Shown piece after piece: positions 40,476 through 51,833 of a stretch of 64,000 nt of DNA. This stretch comes from a bacterium (GTDB lineage Bacteria; UBA8248; JACPRG01; G963555815). Within the stretch, counting starts at the first letter, position 1; each line of letters begins with the position of its first letter. The stretch is taken from the NCBI GenBank assembly GCA_963555815.3, contig CAUVWX020000002.1:224001-288000 (forward strand), written 5' to 3'. The position numbers and the translations under genes were made by a program. The notes under the pieces are model-generated. The model had not been told where the DNA came from, searched no databases, and saw nothing but the letters and a program-made list of their open reading frames with translations.

Positions 40476-41215
40476 GTGCCCCTCTATCGAAGCAACGCCC
40501 TGATCCTTCGCAGGATAAACCTCGGAGAGGCCGACCGCATCCTCACCTTCTTCACGGAGGAGCAGGGCAAAATCCGGGCCGTGGCGAAGGGGGCCAGACG
40601 GGCCAAAAGCAAATTTGGAGGCACCCTAGAGCCCCTCACCTGCATCCACCTGGTCTACTTTGGGAAAGAGAATGCCGAACTCTACCGGGTCAATTCGGCG
40701 GACATTCTCCGAAGCTTCGATGGGCTCCGATCGGACCTGGAGAAATTAAAATACAGCCTCTTTCTCGTCGAGCTCATCGACAAACTCCTCAAGGAAAGAG
40801 AAACCCTCCCCCGATATATCGCTTGGCCCTGACGCTCCTTGGGGAGATCGAGACCGCCGGAAGGACTGTGGAGTACCTCATCCTCTTTCAGGCGAAGCTC
40901 CTCTCGGCTGTCGGTTACAGACCCAACCTCACCGAGTGCATAAAATGCGGCAAAGATCTCTTCGAGAAGGGAGGGGTCTTGAGAATAGGGGCACAGGGGA
41001 TCTCCTGCCCTGGCTGTTCCCCAGGCACCTCCGGCCGCCGCCTCTCCCCGGGCTCCCTTCGCTACCTGGACAGGGTTGTCACGCTGGACACCAAAAGGGC
41101 GATGAGGCTCTCAATTCCAAAGTCCCTTCGCGGTGAGATTCAGCGATTCCTCCTCGCCTACGTCATGGACCACAGCGGTGTACGGTTCCAAGTCCCGAAA
41201 TTCTTTGACCTCTAA
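40476..41215 (+). pseudogene. recO: DNA repair protein RecO, split by a 1-bp frameshift (real or assembly error)
   Basis: GEADRILT, AKGAR N-half; CIKC...CPGC zinc finger in another frame; switch at the C-run 40804-40812. Confidence 0.88.
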
Positions 41216-41221
41216 AGCCTC

Positions 41222-41230
41222 TGATATAAT
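41222..41230 (+). promoter_or_regulatory. Extended -10 promoter upstream of argS
   Basis: TGATATAAT (TGnTATAAT). Confidence 0.5.
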
Positions 41231-41306
41231 CCCGAAGGGATGGTGGACCGTCTTCCAAGGCCCACCCATTTCTTTTCGATGACGAAACAGCGACAGGGTA
41301 TCGAAC

Positions 41307-42974
41307 TTGAGAAAGGCCGTTGTTGAGACGCTAAAAGAGGCTTGCCGAAAGGCCAGGGAGGCCGGGAGCCTCTCGGCGAAGGACGGGGAAATCACCGTCT
41401 CCGTCGAGCAGCCCAAGCTGAAAGAGCACGGAGATTTTTCCACCAATATCGCCCTCCTGCTTGCCCCTGTGGAAAAGAAGCCCCCCCAGGAGATCGCCTC
41501 GCTTCTTTTGAAGGAGATCGGGGACGCCCATCCCGTCATTGCCCGCTCGGAGGTGGCGGGCCCGGGGTTCATCAACTTCTTTTTGAGGCCGGAGTTTCTC
41601 CTAGAGCGTCTTCGCGAGGTCTCCCAGGCGGGCGAAAACTATGGCCGCTCAGACCTGGGGTCTGGGAAACGGGTTCAGGTGGAATTCGTGAGCGCGAACC
41701 CGACCGGCCCCCTTCACATCGGACATGGGCGGGGGGCCGCCGTGGGCGATTCTTTGAGCAAACTATTAAGTTATATAGGATATAATGTTGAAAATGAATA
41801 CTATATCAACGACATGGGGACCCAGATGGAAACCCTGGGCCGGTCCCTTTATCTTCGCTATCAGGAGGTTGCAGGAGAGTCGGTTGAATTTCCTGAAGAT
41901 GCCTACCAGGGCCAATACCTTGTCGACCTGGCTCAGGAGGTTTTTCGGGAAGAGGGTGAGAAATATCTTCTGGAAACGCCGGAGGAGGCCGTCCGAGCTC
42001 TCGCCGGGCGGGCGGGGCGTGCGATTTTGGCCGACATCCGGGCCACGTTGGAGCGGTTCGGTGTCCACTTCGACAAGTGGTTCAGCGAGAGGACGCTTGC
42101 CGAGACGGGCGCCCTTGAGAGGGGCATTTCAGAGCTAAAAGAGCGGGGCCACACCTATGAGGAGGAGGGGGCCCTTTGGCTTCGAACCCAATCTTTTGGC
42201 GATGAGAAAGATCGCGTCGTCATTCGAAGTGACGGCCGCCCCACTTATCTGGCGTCTGATATCGCCTACCACCAGGACAAGTTCCGCCGGGGTTTTGACC
42301 GGCTGATCAACATCTGGGGGGCCGACCACCATGGGTATGTGCCCCGCCTGAAAGCCCTGGTTCAGATGATGAACCATCCCCCCGAGGCCCTGGAGATCCT
42401 CCTGGTTCAGCTCGTCAATCTGAAGCGCGGGGAGGAGCAGATCTCCATGTCCACACGGACGGGGCAATTCACGTCTCTCTCAGAGGTGCTTCAGGAGGTG
42501 GGGGCTGACGCCACGCGCTTCTTTCTGCTGACCCGCCGGTGCGATAGTCACCTGGATTTTGACCTGGAGTTGGCCAAAAAAACTTCTAACGAGAACCCTG
42601 TCTACTACGTGCAGTACGCCCACGCGAGGATCTGCAGCGTCTTCAAGCAGGCGGCAGAACGGGGTATTTCTTTGCCCGACCCTAAGACGGCAGACCTCTC
42701 CCCCCTAAAACTTCCCGAGGAATGGACCCTCATCAAGGCGATCCTGGGATTCCCCGATCTTGTAGAGGGGGCGGCAAAAACCCTCGAGCCTCACCGCTTG
42801 ACTTTTTATCTGGTGGATCTGGTCGGGACGTTTCACAGCTACTACAACCACCACCGGATCATCTCCGATGACCCCGCCCTCACAGCCGCCAGGCTTTATA
42901 TCGTCACCTGCCTGGGCCAGGTCCTTCGGTGCACCCTTCGCATCCTTGGGATCTCGGCTCCTGAGACCATGTGA
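41307..42974 (+). CDS. argS: Arginine--tRNA ligase
   Basis: HGDFSTN, GPGFINF, SANPTGPLHIGH, GADHHGY, YVQYAHAR. Confidence 0.97.
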   Translation: MRKAVVETLKEACRKAREAGSLSAKDGEITVSVEQPKLKEHGDFSTNIALLLAPVEKKPPQEIASLLLKEIGDAHPVIARSEVAGPGFINFFLRPEFLLERLREVSQAGENYGRSDLGSGKRVQVEFVSANPTGPLHIGHGRGAAVGDSLSKLLSYIGYNVENEYYINDMGTQMETLGRSLYLRYQEVAGESVEFPEDAYQGQYLVDLAQEVFREEGEKYLLETPEEAVRALAGRAGRAILADIRATLERFGVHFDKWFSERTLAETGALERGISELKERGHTYEEEGALWLRTQSFGDEKDRVVIRSDGRPTYLASDIAYHQDKFRRGFDRLINIWGADHHGYVPRLKALVQMMNHPPEALEILLVQLVNLKRGEEQISMSTRTGQFTSLSEVLQEVGADATRFFLLTRRCDSHLDFDLELAKKTSNENPVYYVQYAHARICSVFKQAAERGISLPDPKTADLSPLKLPEEWTLIKAILGFPDLVEGAAKTLEPHRLTFYLVDLVGTFHSYYNHHRIISDDPALTAARLYIVTCLGQVLRCTLRILGISAPETM

Positions 42975-43093
42975 TGAGATTTGGTCCCGCCCTCCTCATT
43001 TTCAAGAAAGGCGACGCCTGGAAAGCCGGAAGTAGAGCGGGATCTTTCGGGATAGTTTCCAATGATTTGGGGCTTATGAAATCTTGAATCTCC

Positions 43094-43122
43094 TTGACAG
43101 GGTAGGGGGCGGAGGCTAACAT
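43094..43122 (+). promoter_or_regulatory. sigma70 promoter upstream of lipA
   Basis: TTGACA, 17 bp, TAACAT. Confidence 0.6.
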
Positions 43123-43167
43123 TAATAAAGGTTTAAAGACCCTAACTTCGTGATTTCAAAGGGAAAA

Positions 43168-44079
43168 ATGGCCGAGCGCTTTCCTCCCTGGCTTCGAAAG
43201 AAGCTGAACTTCTCCGACCAGACCCACGCCCTAAAACTTTTGATGCGAAAGAAGCGTCTTCACACGGTGTGTGAGGAGGCCCACTGTCCCAATCTGTTTG
43301 AATGCTGGTCCCAGCCGACGGCCACCTTCATGATATTGGGCGATGTGTGCACCAGAAAGTGCGGCTTTTGTGCCGTCGCCACCGGGCGGCCCCGAGCGGT
43401 CGATGAGGAGGAGCCCCGCCACGTGGCAGAGGCCGCCGCGGAGATGGAACTTCGCCACGTCGTCGTCACCTCGGTGGACCGGGACGAGCTCCCCGACAGG
43501 GGGGCCGGTCAATTCGTCAAGACCATCCGGGCGATCAGAGAGTTGCTTCCGTCGGCCACCGTTGAGGTACTGACGCCGGATTTTCGCGGGAAGCCTTCTG
43601 CCATTGACCAGGTCATTGCGGCCCGGCCCGACATTTTCAACCACAACCTGGAGACGGTCCCCCGCCTCTACCGAAGGGTGCGTCTGGGGGCCAACTATCG
43701 GTGGTCTCTGATGCTCCTGGAGCGGGTCGCGCGCGCGGGTCTCTCCACTACCAAGTCGGGGATCATGGTGGGACTTGGGGAAAAAGAAGACGAAATACTT
43801 CAGACGATGAGGGATGTGCGAGAGGCAGGCTGCCAGGTCCTCACCATTGGCCAGTACCTTCAGCCGACGCGGGACCACCTTCCCGTCGAGGAGTTTGTCC
43901 ATCCCGACCGCTTCGCTGAGTATGAGAGGGCTGGCCTCGCCATAGGATTCGACTTTGTGGCCTCCGGTCCTTTCGTTCGAAGCTCTTTCAACGCTGAGGC
44001 CACCTATCTTGCCCTGAAGGAACGGCTGGCCGGGCGGGCGGGGCTTGCTCCCGCGGCATCAGCCCCTGCGGCCTGTTGA
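43168..44079 (+). CDS. lipA: Lipoyl synthase
   Basis: CEEAHCPNLFEC, CTRKCGFC, HNLETV, RSS. Confidence 0.97.
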   Translation: MAERFPPWLRKKLNFSDQTHALKLLMRKKRLHTVCEEAHCPNLFECWSQPTATFMILGDVCTRKCGFCAVATGRPRAVDEEEPRHVAEAAAEMELRHVVVTSVDRDELPDRGAGQFVKTIRAIRELLPSATVEVLTPDFRGKPSAIDQVIAARPDIFNHNLETVPRLYRRVRLGANYRWSLMLLERVARAGLSTTKSGIMVGLGEKEDEILQTMRDVREAGCQVLTIGQYLQPTRDHLPVEEFVHPDRFAEYERAGLAIGFDFVASGPFVRSSFNAEATYLALKERLAGRAGLAPAASAPAAC

Positions 44080-44145
44080 GGAGTTCAAGGCGCCCAGGGA
44101 AAGCTTCTCCGGTCATTGGCTTCCACTCAAATAAGAAGTGAAAAG

Positions 44146-45462
44146 ATGAAGGCCTTTCAGGTCGGGCTCATCGGTTTCGGCACTGTGGGGACAGGTCTTG
44201 TCCGGGTTCTTCAGGAGGACGCCTGCGAGATTGAGCGCCGGGTGGGCTTCCCCATCCGCGTTCGCCGGATCGCTGACCTGGATACAACTCGAGACCGCGG
44301 TGTTCCCCTTGAACCCGGCGTTCTCTCCAACGATGTGGACGGTCTCCTCTCGGACCCTGAGGTGGACCTGGTGGTGGAGGTAGTTGGGGGGTACGAGCCC
44401 GCCCGCACCTTCCTCCTTCGGGCCATCGAGGCCGGGAAGCCTGTCGTCACGTCCAACAAAGCTCTCCTTGCGGTCCATGGCGAGGAGATCTTCGCCGCCG
44501 CGGCCAAACAGGGGGTGGATGTCGGTTTCGAAGGCGCCGTCGGGGGCGCCATTCCCATCATCCGGGCGGTCAAGGAGGGTTTCTCTGCCAACATTATCGA
44601 GGCCGTCTTCGGGATTGTGAACGGGACGGCCAATTACATCCTCACCCGGATGACCGATGACGGGGGGGACTTTGACGCCGTTCTCAAGGAGGCCCAGGCG
44701 CAGGGCCTTGCGGAGGCGGACCCCACCTTCGATGTGGACGGGATTGACTCCGCTCACAAGATCGCCATCCTCGCCAATCTATGCTTTGGGACCCCCCTTC
44801 GGATCGAGGACGTCCTGATTGAGGGGATCCGCCGGATCAAGCCTGTTGATATTGACTTTGCGCGGCAGCTCGGCCATCGCATCAAGCTCCTGGTCCTCGC
44901 CAAAAGGGTGGGAGAGGAGCTCGATGTCCGGGTCTGCCCCACGATGATCCCCGAGACCCATCTCATCTCCCAAGTCAACGGGTCTTATAATGCGATCTAC
45001 ATCAAGGGGGACAAGGCGGACCCTAATATGTTGATTGGCCGGGGGGCTGGCTCCCTTCCCACGGGTTCCGCCGTCGCCGCAGACGTCATCGAGATCGCCC
45101 GGAATCTCCGGAGCGGGAAAGGGGGACGGGTCCCTCTCCTTTCCTATACTCCGAATGCACGAATCCCCTTGCGGGTTCGTCCTCACTCGGAGATCGTGAC
45201 CTCTTACTATCTCAGGATCACCGTGGAAGATCGCCCCGGCGTCCTCTCAACCATCTCGGGCATCTTCGAACGCCACTCTATCAGTATTCAGACTGTTATC
45301 CAGAAGGGGAGACGGGAGAAGGGACACGTTCCCCTGGTCATGCTGACTCACGAAGCCCGAGAGGGCGATATCCAGGACACCCTGAAGGAGATTGACTGCC
45401 TGGATGTGGTGAATGCCCCGACGATGCTGATCCGCGTGGAGAGCGGCGAGGGGCAAATGTGA
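44146..45462 (+). CDS. hom: Homoserine dehydrogenase with ACT domain
   Basis: [34 protein letters not shown]. Confidence 0.96.
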   Translation: MKAFQVGLIGFGTVGTGLVRVLQEDACEIERRVGFPIRVRRIADLDTTRDRGVPLEPGVLSNDVDGLLSDPEVDLVVEVVGGYEPARTFLLRAIEAGKPVVTSNKALLAVHGEEIFAAAAKQGVDVGFEGAVGGAIPIIRAVKEGFSANIIEAVFGIVNGTANYILTRMTDDGGDFDAVLKEAQAQGLAEADPTFDVDGIDSAHKIAILANLCFGTPLRIEDVLIEGIRRIKPVDIDFARQLGHRIKLLVLAKRVGEELDVRVCPTMIPETHLISQVNGSYNAIYIKGDKADPNMLIGRGAGSLPTGSAVAADVIEIARNLRSGKGGRVPLLSYTPNARIPLRVRPHSEIVTSYYLRITVEDRPGVLSTISGIFERHSISIQTVIQKGRREKGHVPLVMLTHEAREGDIQDTLKEIDCLDVVNAPTMLIRVESGEGQM

Positions 45463-46595
45463 TGGCTGAAGGGGCGGGTGTCCGGCGGGCGGGTATGGCC
45501 CCCTCCCATGAGGCCACCCCTCCCTGGCGGGGGGTCATTGAGCGGTATAGAGAGTTCCTTCCCGTTGGTGAAGAGACCCCGGTGATCACCCTCCTGGAGG
45601 GCAATACCCCTCTTCTTCCCGCAAGGCGTCTCGCCGAAAAGCTCGGCTGTGATAATCCCATCTGGCTTAAGTTGGAGGGTCTGAACCCGACTGGGTCCTT
45701 CAAGGATCGGGGGATGACCGTGGCCGTGTCGAAGGCCGTGGAGGCAGGCTCCCAGGCCGTCATCTGCGCTTCGACGGGCAATACCGCTGCCTCTGCCGCT
45801 GCCTATGCGGCCCGAGCGGGTCTTGAGGCCGTGGTCGTTATCCCCAAGGGGAAGACGGCCTTGGGTAAGCTCACGCAGGCCATGATCCACGGGGCGCGCG
45901 TCCTTCAAGTGGAGGGAAGCTTTGACGATGCCCTTCGGATCGTGAAAGACCTCTCGGCCCGCCATCCCATGACCCTTGTCAATTCCCTCAACCCCTTTCG
46001 TTTGGAAGGGCAAAAGACGGCCGCCTTTGAGATCTGCGAGGCCCTGGGGGACCAGGCCCCTGACCTTCACTTTATACCGGTCGGAAATGCGGGGAACATC
46101 ACGGCCTACTGGAAAGGCTACCGGGAGTTTCACTCATGCGGCCGATCGACCTCCCTTCCCAAGATGCGAGGCTTTCAGGCGGAGGGAGCGGCCCCCATTG
46201 TCCGGGGAAAAGTGGTCGAGGAGCCCGAGACCGTCGCCTCAGCCATCCGGATAGGAAACCCGGCCAGCTGGCAGGAGGCCGTTATGGCCGCGGAGGAATC
46301 CGGGGGCTTCATCGACATGGTCTCGGACGAGGAAATCATCGCTGCCTACAGTCTCCTCGCCGCTTCAGAGGGGACCTTTGGGGAGCCGGCCTCGGCTGCC
46401 TCGGTGGCGGGCTTGGCAAAAGACGTGCGTCTCGGCCGTCTGCCGAAGGGGGCAACGGTGGTCTGTACCATCACAGGTCATGGCCTAAAGGACCCCGACA
46501 CGGGCCTTCGGGCGGCGGCCAAGCCGGCCTCTTTGCCGGCGCACCTGGAGGCGATCGAGCAACATCTCGGTCTTCGGGGGAGCTCCGGGGGATGA
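45459..46595 (+). CDS. thrC: Threonine synthase
   Basis: [30 protein letters not shown]. Confidence 0.96.
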   Translation: MMAEGAGVRRAGMAPSHEATPPWRGVIERYREFLPVGEETPVITLLEGNTPLLPARRLAEKLGCDNPIWLKLEGLNPTGSFKDRGMTVAVSKAVEAGSQAVICASTGNTAASAAAYAARAGLEAVVVIPKGKTALGKLTQAMIHGARVLQVEGSFDDALRIVKDLSARHPMTLVNSLNPFRLEGQKTAAFEICEALGDQAPDLHFIPVGNAGNITAYWKGYREFHSCGRSTSLPKMRGFQAEGAAPIVRGKVVEEPETVASAIRIGNPASWQEAVMAAEESGGFIDMVSDEEIIAAYSLLAASEGTFGEPASAASVAGLAKDVRLGRLPKGATVVCTITGHGLKDPDTGLRAAAKPASLPAHLEAIEQHLGLRGSSGG

Positions 46596-47788
46596 AGTAC
46601 GCCGTTCTGGTAGGAGATGGGATAGCCGACGAGGCGCTGGAGACCCTGGGAAACCGATCGCCCCTGGAGGTGGCCCATACCCCGCACTTGGATCGGCTGG
46701 CGGCTGAAGGCCGGACGGGGTTCGTCCAGACGATTCCCCCCGGGTTCCCGTCCTCCAGCGAAGTTGCAAACGCCGTCATCCTCGGGGTGGACCCCACCAC
46801 CTGTCCCATCTCGAGAGGACCTCTTGAGGCAGAGGGCATGGGTCTTTCCCTTTCCTCGAAGCAGATCGCCCTGAGCGTGAACCTTGTCTCCCTTTATGCG
46901 GACTCTCAGAAGCTCATTATGGCGGACCACACGGGGGGGCTTCTCGAGCCAGATGCGGGCCGACCCTTTTTGGATGCCATCGCTCAGGATGCCCTCGACT
47001 CAGACTTCCATCTCCACGCTGGTAGGGGATACCGGGGATCCCTCCTCTGGGACGGTGGACCAGGGGGTTTGGAGTTGACCCCGCCCCACACCATCCTCAA
47101 CCGGGAGGTCACCCACTACTTGCCCAGAGGAGAGGAGGCGCGGCGCCTCATCGGGCTCATGAATAGCACGCAGATGGTCCTGGCCGATCACCCTTTAAAT
47201 CGCGCTCGAAAGGAGAAAGGCCTTCGACCCGTCAACAGCCTTTGGTTCTGGGGGGCAGGGGAGGCGCTAAACCTTCGAGCCTTTTCGGAGCGTTTTGGGC
47301 TCAAGGGGGGACTTCTTTCGACCTCTCATGCCCTTCGAGGTCTTGGGCGCTTGCTGGGGCTCGAAGATCTTGGGTCTCCCGATGGAAATGGGGTCTCCGC
47401 TCCGAAGTTGCGGGCGGAGAGGGCGGCCCGCTTCCTTGAGGAGGGCGACTTGGTTTGCATTTACGCCGACTCGGCCGACGAGGCCTTTCACAAAGGCGAC
47501 GCAAAGGAAAAGATCCGCGCCATTGAGGAATTTAATGCCCTGGTGGGCGCGGTGGTGGAGCGCCTTGAAGGGGTGTGGGATTTTCGGGTTCTCGCCCTTT
47601 CCGACTGCCACACAACGGTCCACGAGGGGGCCCACACCTCGGCCCCTGTCCCCCTTGCCCTCTTCGGGGAGGGGGTGAAAAAGGACCGGGGGAAAACCTT
47701 TGACGAACATCTTCTCGTGAGAGGAAGCCTTCAGGTAACGGACGGGCACCGTCTCATGGACCTCCTTTTGAAGGGAACACCTTCTTAG
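46592..47788 (+). CDS. ApgM-like cofactor-independent phosphoglycerate mutase family protein
   Basis: VGDGIAD, TPHLD, SRGPLEA, PPH, NSLWFWG, DEAFH, HTSAPVP; ATG overlaps the thrC stop. Confidence 0.85.
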   Translation: MKYAVLVGDGIADEALETLGNRSPLEVAHTPHLDRLAAEGRTGFVQTIPPGFPSSSEVANAVILGVDPTTCPISRGPLEAEGMGLSLSSKQIALSVNLVSLYADSQKLIMADHTGGLLEPDAGRPFLDAIAQDALDSDFHLHAGRGYRGSLLWDGGPGGLELTPPHTILNREVTHYLPRGEEARRLIGLMNSTQMVLADHPLNRARKEKGLRPVNSLWFWGAGEALNLRAFSERFGLKGGLLSTSHALRGLGRLLGLEDLGSPDGNGVSAPKLRAERAARFLEEGDLVCIYADSADEAFHKGDAKEKIRAIEEFNALVGAVVERLEGVWDFRVLALSDCHTTVHEGAHTSAPVPLALFGEGVKKDRGKTFDEHLLVRGSLQVTDGHRLMDLLLKGTPS

Positions 47789-47919
47789 CGGCTGGACGCC
47801 TTGGCTGAGGGGGGGGGAGAAGATGGGTCTTGAGGGCTCACCAATTCCTCTGGCGGATGGAGGGGCGGTGGGCCATTATATAATTCGAGAGGAAGATTTC
47901 CTCTCCTGGAGGAGAGGGG

Positions 47920-49155
47920 ATGGGCCTTATCGTTCAAAAATATGGGGGCACCTCGATATCGGGGCCCGATCGGATTCGGGCTGTCGCCGAGCGGGTGGGG
48001 CGGACCATTCGCCGGGGTCATCGAGTGGTGGTGGTGGTCTCGGCCATGGCGGGAGAGACGGACCGTCTGATCTCCCTGGCCCGGGACCTGGCCTCCGAGC
48101 CCGACGAGCGGGAGCTGGACCTGCTTCTCTCCTCAGGGGAGCAGGTGGCGACTTCCCTCATGGTGATTGCGTTAAAGGGCTTGGGGTATCCGGCCCGTCC
48201 TTTTGTCGGTCGCCGGGTGGGGATCGTCACAGATAGCTCCCACACCAACGCGCGGATCCGAAGCGTCAGCGCCGTTGAGATCTCCTCCGCCCTGCAGGAG
48301 GGGATGATTACAGTCGTCGCGGGCTTCCAGGGGGTGGACGAGAACCAGGACGTGACCACGCTGGGCCGGGGTGGATCTGACCTGACGGCAGTGGCCCTGG
48401 CGGCCGCCCTTGGCGCTGACCGGTGCCAGATTTGTACTGATGTGAATGGTGTTTACACGGCGGACCCCCGCCTGGTCCCCGCGGCCCGGCGGCTCGACAG
48501 GGTCTCCTACGATGAGATGTTGGAGATGGCGAGCCTTGGGGCCAAGGTGCTTCAGGCGCGCGCGGTGGAGGTCGCTAAAAAATACAATGTGGCGCTTGAG
48601 GTCATGAGCTCCTTTGAGGAGGGTAAGGGGACGTTGGTGACGCGAGAAGATGCCGACATGGAACGGGCCGTAGTCTCGGCCGTGAACTGCGACTCCGGTC
48701 AGGCCAAGGTCACCATCGAGGGTCTGGCGGATCGACCGGGAATTGCGGGACAGCTTTTCGGGGCCCTGGCGAACGCCGGTGTCGTGGTGGACATGATCGT
48801 CCAGAACGTGGCCAGCCGGAAGTACATGGGTAGCCGGAGGCGGGCCGACATTTCCTTCACTGTGCCCGTGGATGTCCTCTCGCGAGCCCAGACCATCACG
48901 CAGGGGTTGGCCCGAGAGATTGGGGCCCGAAGGGTCCGGGCCGACGGGTCCATCGCGAAGGTCTCCATCGTCGGCATTGGGATGAAGACCCACACAGGGG
49001 TTGCCTCCAAGATGTTCCAGACCCTGGCTGAGCACAAGATCAATGTCCTGATGATCAGCACCTCTGAGATCGTCGTCTCCTGCGTCATCGAGGCCGAGCA
49101 CGCCGAGGTGGCGGTCCGGGCTCTGCATGACGTCTTCGAGCTGGAGAAGGGGTAG
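47920..49155 (+). CDS. lysC: Aspartate kinase
   Basis: [20 protein letters not shown], two ACT domains. Confidence 0.96.
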   Translation: MGLIVQKYGGTSISGPDRIRAVAERVGRTIRRGHRVVVVVSAMAGETDRLISLARDLASEPDERELDLLLSSGEQVATSLMVIALKGLGYPARPFVGRRVGIVTDSSHTNARIRSVSAVEISSALQEGMITVVAGFQGVDENQDVTTLGRGGSDLTAVALAAALGADRCQICTDVNGVYTADPRLVPAARRLDRVSYDEMLEMASLGAKVLQARAVEVAKKYNVALEVMSSFEEGKGTLVTREDADMERAVVSAVNCDSGQAKVTIEGLADRPGIAGQLFGALANAGVVVDMIVQNVASRKYMGSRRRADISFTVPVDVLSRAQTITQGLAREIGARRVRADGSIAKVSIVGIGMKTHTGVASKMFQTLAEHKINVLMISTSEIVVSCVIEAEHAEVAVRALHDVFELEKG

Positions 49156-49217
49156 GGGATGTTGGGGGAGGAGGAGCCGCTGAAGGGCTCGCCCCACGCG
49201 TTTTGAAAGGATTGGCC

Positions 49218-50825
49218 ATGTCCGCCATCGCCCTATACGACTGCACGCTTCGGGATGGGACTCAGGGGGAGGAGATCACCTTCTCAGTCGAGGACAAGCT
49301 TCGCATCTCTGAGAAGCTCGACGACCTGGGGATCCACTACATCGAGGGGGGATGGCCCGGCTCCAATCCCAAGGACATCGACTTCTTCCAAGAGGTCCAC
49401 ACTCTGAAGCTGAGGAAAGCGCGGATCGTGGCCTTCGGAAGCACGCGGCGGGCTTCCCTCTCGGCTCAGCGGGATCCAAATCTCCGCGCCCTTTTGGCGG
49501 CCAAGACCCCTGTCATCACCATCTTCGGAAAATCCTGGGACCTTCACGTCCGCCGAGCCCTTCGGACCACTCTGGCGCGAAACCTTGAGCTCATCGAAGA
49601 TTCCGTGGCCTACCTCAAGAGGCGGGTGGATGAGGTCATCTATGACGCCGAGCACTTCTTTGACGGCTACAAGGCAAACCCCCGCTACGCCACTAAAACC
49701 CTTCAAGCGGCTGTCGCTGGAGGGGCCGACTGCATTGTCCTCTGCGACACCAACGGGGGCTCCCTCCCCAGCGAGGTCAGCGCCATCTTTGGTGCCGTCC
49801 GGGGACTTGTCTCGACGCCTCTCGGCATCCACACCCACAACGACGGGGAGCTGGCAGTCGCTAACACCCTGGTGGCCGTTCAGCAGGGGGCCGTCCATGT
49901 CCAAGGATGCATCAACGGTTATGGAGAGCGGTGCGGAAACGCCAACCTCATCTCCATCATCCCTAACCTCAAGCTGAAGCTCGGCCTTAACTGCGTCAGC
50001 ACCCTTGAGCTCCAACGTTTGCGAGAGGTCTCTCGGTTTGTGGACGAATTGGCGAACCGAAACCCCTCGACCCATCAGCCCTTCGTGGGCAACAGCGCAT
50101 TCGCCCACAAGGGAGGGATCCACGTCCAGGCCATTATGAGGGACTCCAGGACCTATGAGCACATTCGCCCCGAGTTGCTGGGAAATCGGCAGAGGGTCCT
50201 CATCTCCGATCTCTCGGGCAAAAGCAACATCCTTTACAAGGCGCGGGAGTATGGACTTCGCCTGGACCCCAAAGACCCAAGCGTCCAGTCAATCCTTCAA
50301 GAACTCAAACGTCTTGAGCATAAGGGGTATCAGTTCGATGGGGCGGAAGGTTCCTTTGAACTCCTGATGCAGAAAGCCAAGGGCAGGCGTCAGGAATTCT
50401 TCAAGCTGGTCGGGTTCCGGGTCGTGGTGGAGAAGCGTCGAGATGAACCCCCGCGTTCTGAGGCCACCATCCGACTCTCTGTTAACGGAGAACTTGAACA
50501 CGCGGTCGCCGACGGCAACGGCCCCGTCAATGCCCTGGACAACGCCCTGCGAAAAGCCCTGGGAAAGTTTTACCCCGAGATCCGTGAGATGGAGCTCATC
50601 GACTATAAGGTGCGCATTCTCAACGAACGCGCCGCCACCCAGGCGACGACCCGCGTCCTCATCGAGTCGACCGACCACAAGAGCAGGTGGGGGACTGTGG
50701 GGGTCTCGCCGAACATCATCGAGGCCAGCTGGCAGGCCTTGGAGGATAGCCTGGAATATAAGCTCACGAAGGCCCGGCAACCCAAGAAACCACGTCGGCG
50801 GGGGCGGGCGAGGCGCAAGGCCTGA
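49218..50825 (+). CDS. cimA: Citramalate synthase
   Basis: [42 protein letters not shown]. Confidence 0.95.
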   Translation: MSAIALYDCTLRDGTQGEEITFSVEDKLRISEKLDDLGIHYIEGGWPGSNPKDIDFFQEVHTLKLRKARIVAFGSTRRASLSAQRDPNLRALLAAKTPVITIFGKSWDLHVRRALRTTLARNLELIEDSVAYLKRRVDEVIYDAEHFFDGYKANPRYATKTLQAAVAGGADCIVLCDTNGGSLPSEVSAIFGAVRGLVSTPLGIHTHNDGELAVANTLVAVQQGAVHVQGCINGYGERCGNANLISIIPNLKLKLGLNCVSTLELQRLREVSRFVDELANRNPSTHQPFVGNSAFAHKGGIHVQAIMRDSRTYEHIRPELLGNRQRVLISDLSGKSNILYKAREYGLRLDPKDPSVQSILQELKRLEHKGYQFDGAEGSFELLMQKAKGRRQEFFKLVGFRVVVEKRRDEPPRSEATIRLSVNGELEHAVADGNGPVNALDNALRKALGKFYPEIREMELIDYKVRILNERAATQATTRVLIESTDHKSRWGTVGVSPNIIEASWQALEDSLEYKLTKARQPKKPRRRGRARRKA

Positions 50826-50827
50826 AA

Positions 50828-51739
50828 ATGGGAAAAGGGCGCACATTTCAAGAAATCATCCTCGCACTGGAGCGTTTCTGGTCGGACCAGGGGTGTGTCC
50901 TCCAGCAGCCCTATGACATCGAGGTCGGGGCGGGCACCATGAACCCGGCCACTTTCTTGAGGGCGCTTGGGCCAGAGCCCTGGAAGGTGGCCTATGTGGA
51001 GCCGTCTCGACGCCCGACGGACGGCCGCTACGGCGAGAACCCCAATCGCCTTCAGCACTACTATCAGTATCAGGTTGTCCTGAAACCATCCCCCAAAGAG
51101 ATCCAAGAGACCTATCTCGATAGCCTGACGGCCTTGGGCATCGATCCCCTTCAGCACGATATCCGCTTTGTGGAGGACGACTGGGAGTCTCCTGGCCTTG
51201 GAGCCTGGGGTCTTGGCTGGGAGGTCTGGCTCGACGGCCTGGAGATCACCCAGTTCACTTACTTTCAGCAAGTGGGGGGGATCGACCTTCGCCCTGTCTC
51301 GGTGGAGTTGACTTACGGGCTGGAGCGGATCGCCATGTACCTGCAGGGGGTGGATAACGTTTATGAGGTCCTCTGGACCGACGGCGTCCGCTATGGGGAC
51401 ATTCACCATCGGACGGAAGTCGAGTTTTCCAAATACAACTTCGAGACTGCCGATGTCTCTATGCATCTTCAACTCTTCGCTCTTCACGAGGCCGAGTCTC
51501 TGAAGCTGCTTGCCGAAGACCTGATTCTTCCGGCCTACGACCATTGCCTCAAATGCTCCCATCTCTTCAATGTCCTGGACGCCCGGGGGGCCATCAGCGT
51601 TTCTGAGCGAACCGACTACATCGCCCGGATTCGGAAGATGGCCAGGGGCGTGGCCGAGGGATACCTCAACCTCCGCGAGGAGATGGGCTTTCCCCTTCTG
51701 AAGGATGGCTTCCCCGGCAAGCAGAATGTGACGAAGTAA
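50828..51739 (+). CDS. glyQ: Glycine--tRNA ligase alpha subunit
   Basis: [30 protein letters not shown]. Confidence 0.97.
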   Translation: MGKGRTFQEIILALERFWSDQGCVLQQPYDIEVGAGTMNPATFLRALGPEPWKVAYVEPSRRPTDGRYGENPNRLQHYYQYQVVLKPSPKEIQETYLDSLTALGIDPLQHDIRFVEDDWESPGLGAWGLGWEVWLDGLEITQFTYFQQVGGIDLRPVSVELTYGLERIAMYLQGVDNVYEVLWTDGVRYGDIHHRTEVEFSKYNFETADVSMHLQLFALHEAESLKLLAEDLILPAYDHCLKCSHLFNVLDARGAISVSERTDYIARIRKMARGVAEGYLNLREEMGFPLLKDGFPGKQNVTK

Positions 51740-51833
51740 CCCCTGGAAGGCGCCGGTCCCTTCCCCGAAAGGTTCAAGCTCCGTGCCTTCGGGGGGGGAT
51801 TGCCCCTCCGAGAAGGACGGACCTGACAGGACC

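Noticed and set aside
46136..46591. N-terminal extension of the ApgM-like ORF
   Set aside because: Overlaps thrC out of frame; the family-like start MKYAVL is at 46592.
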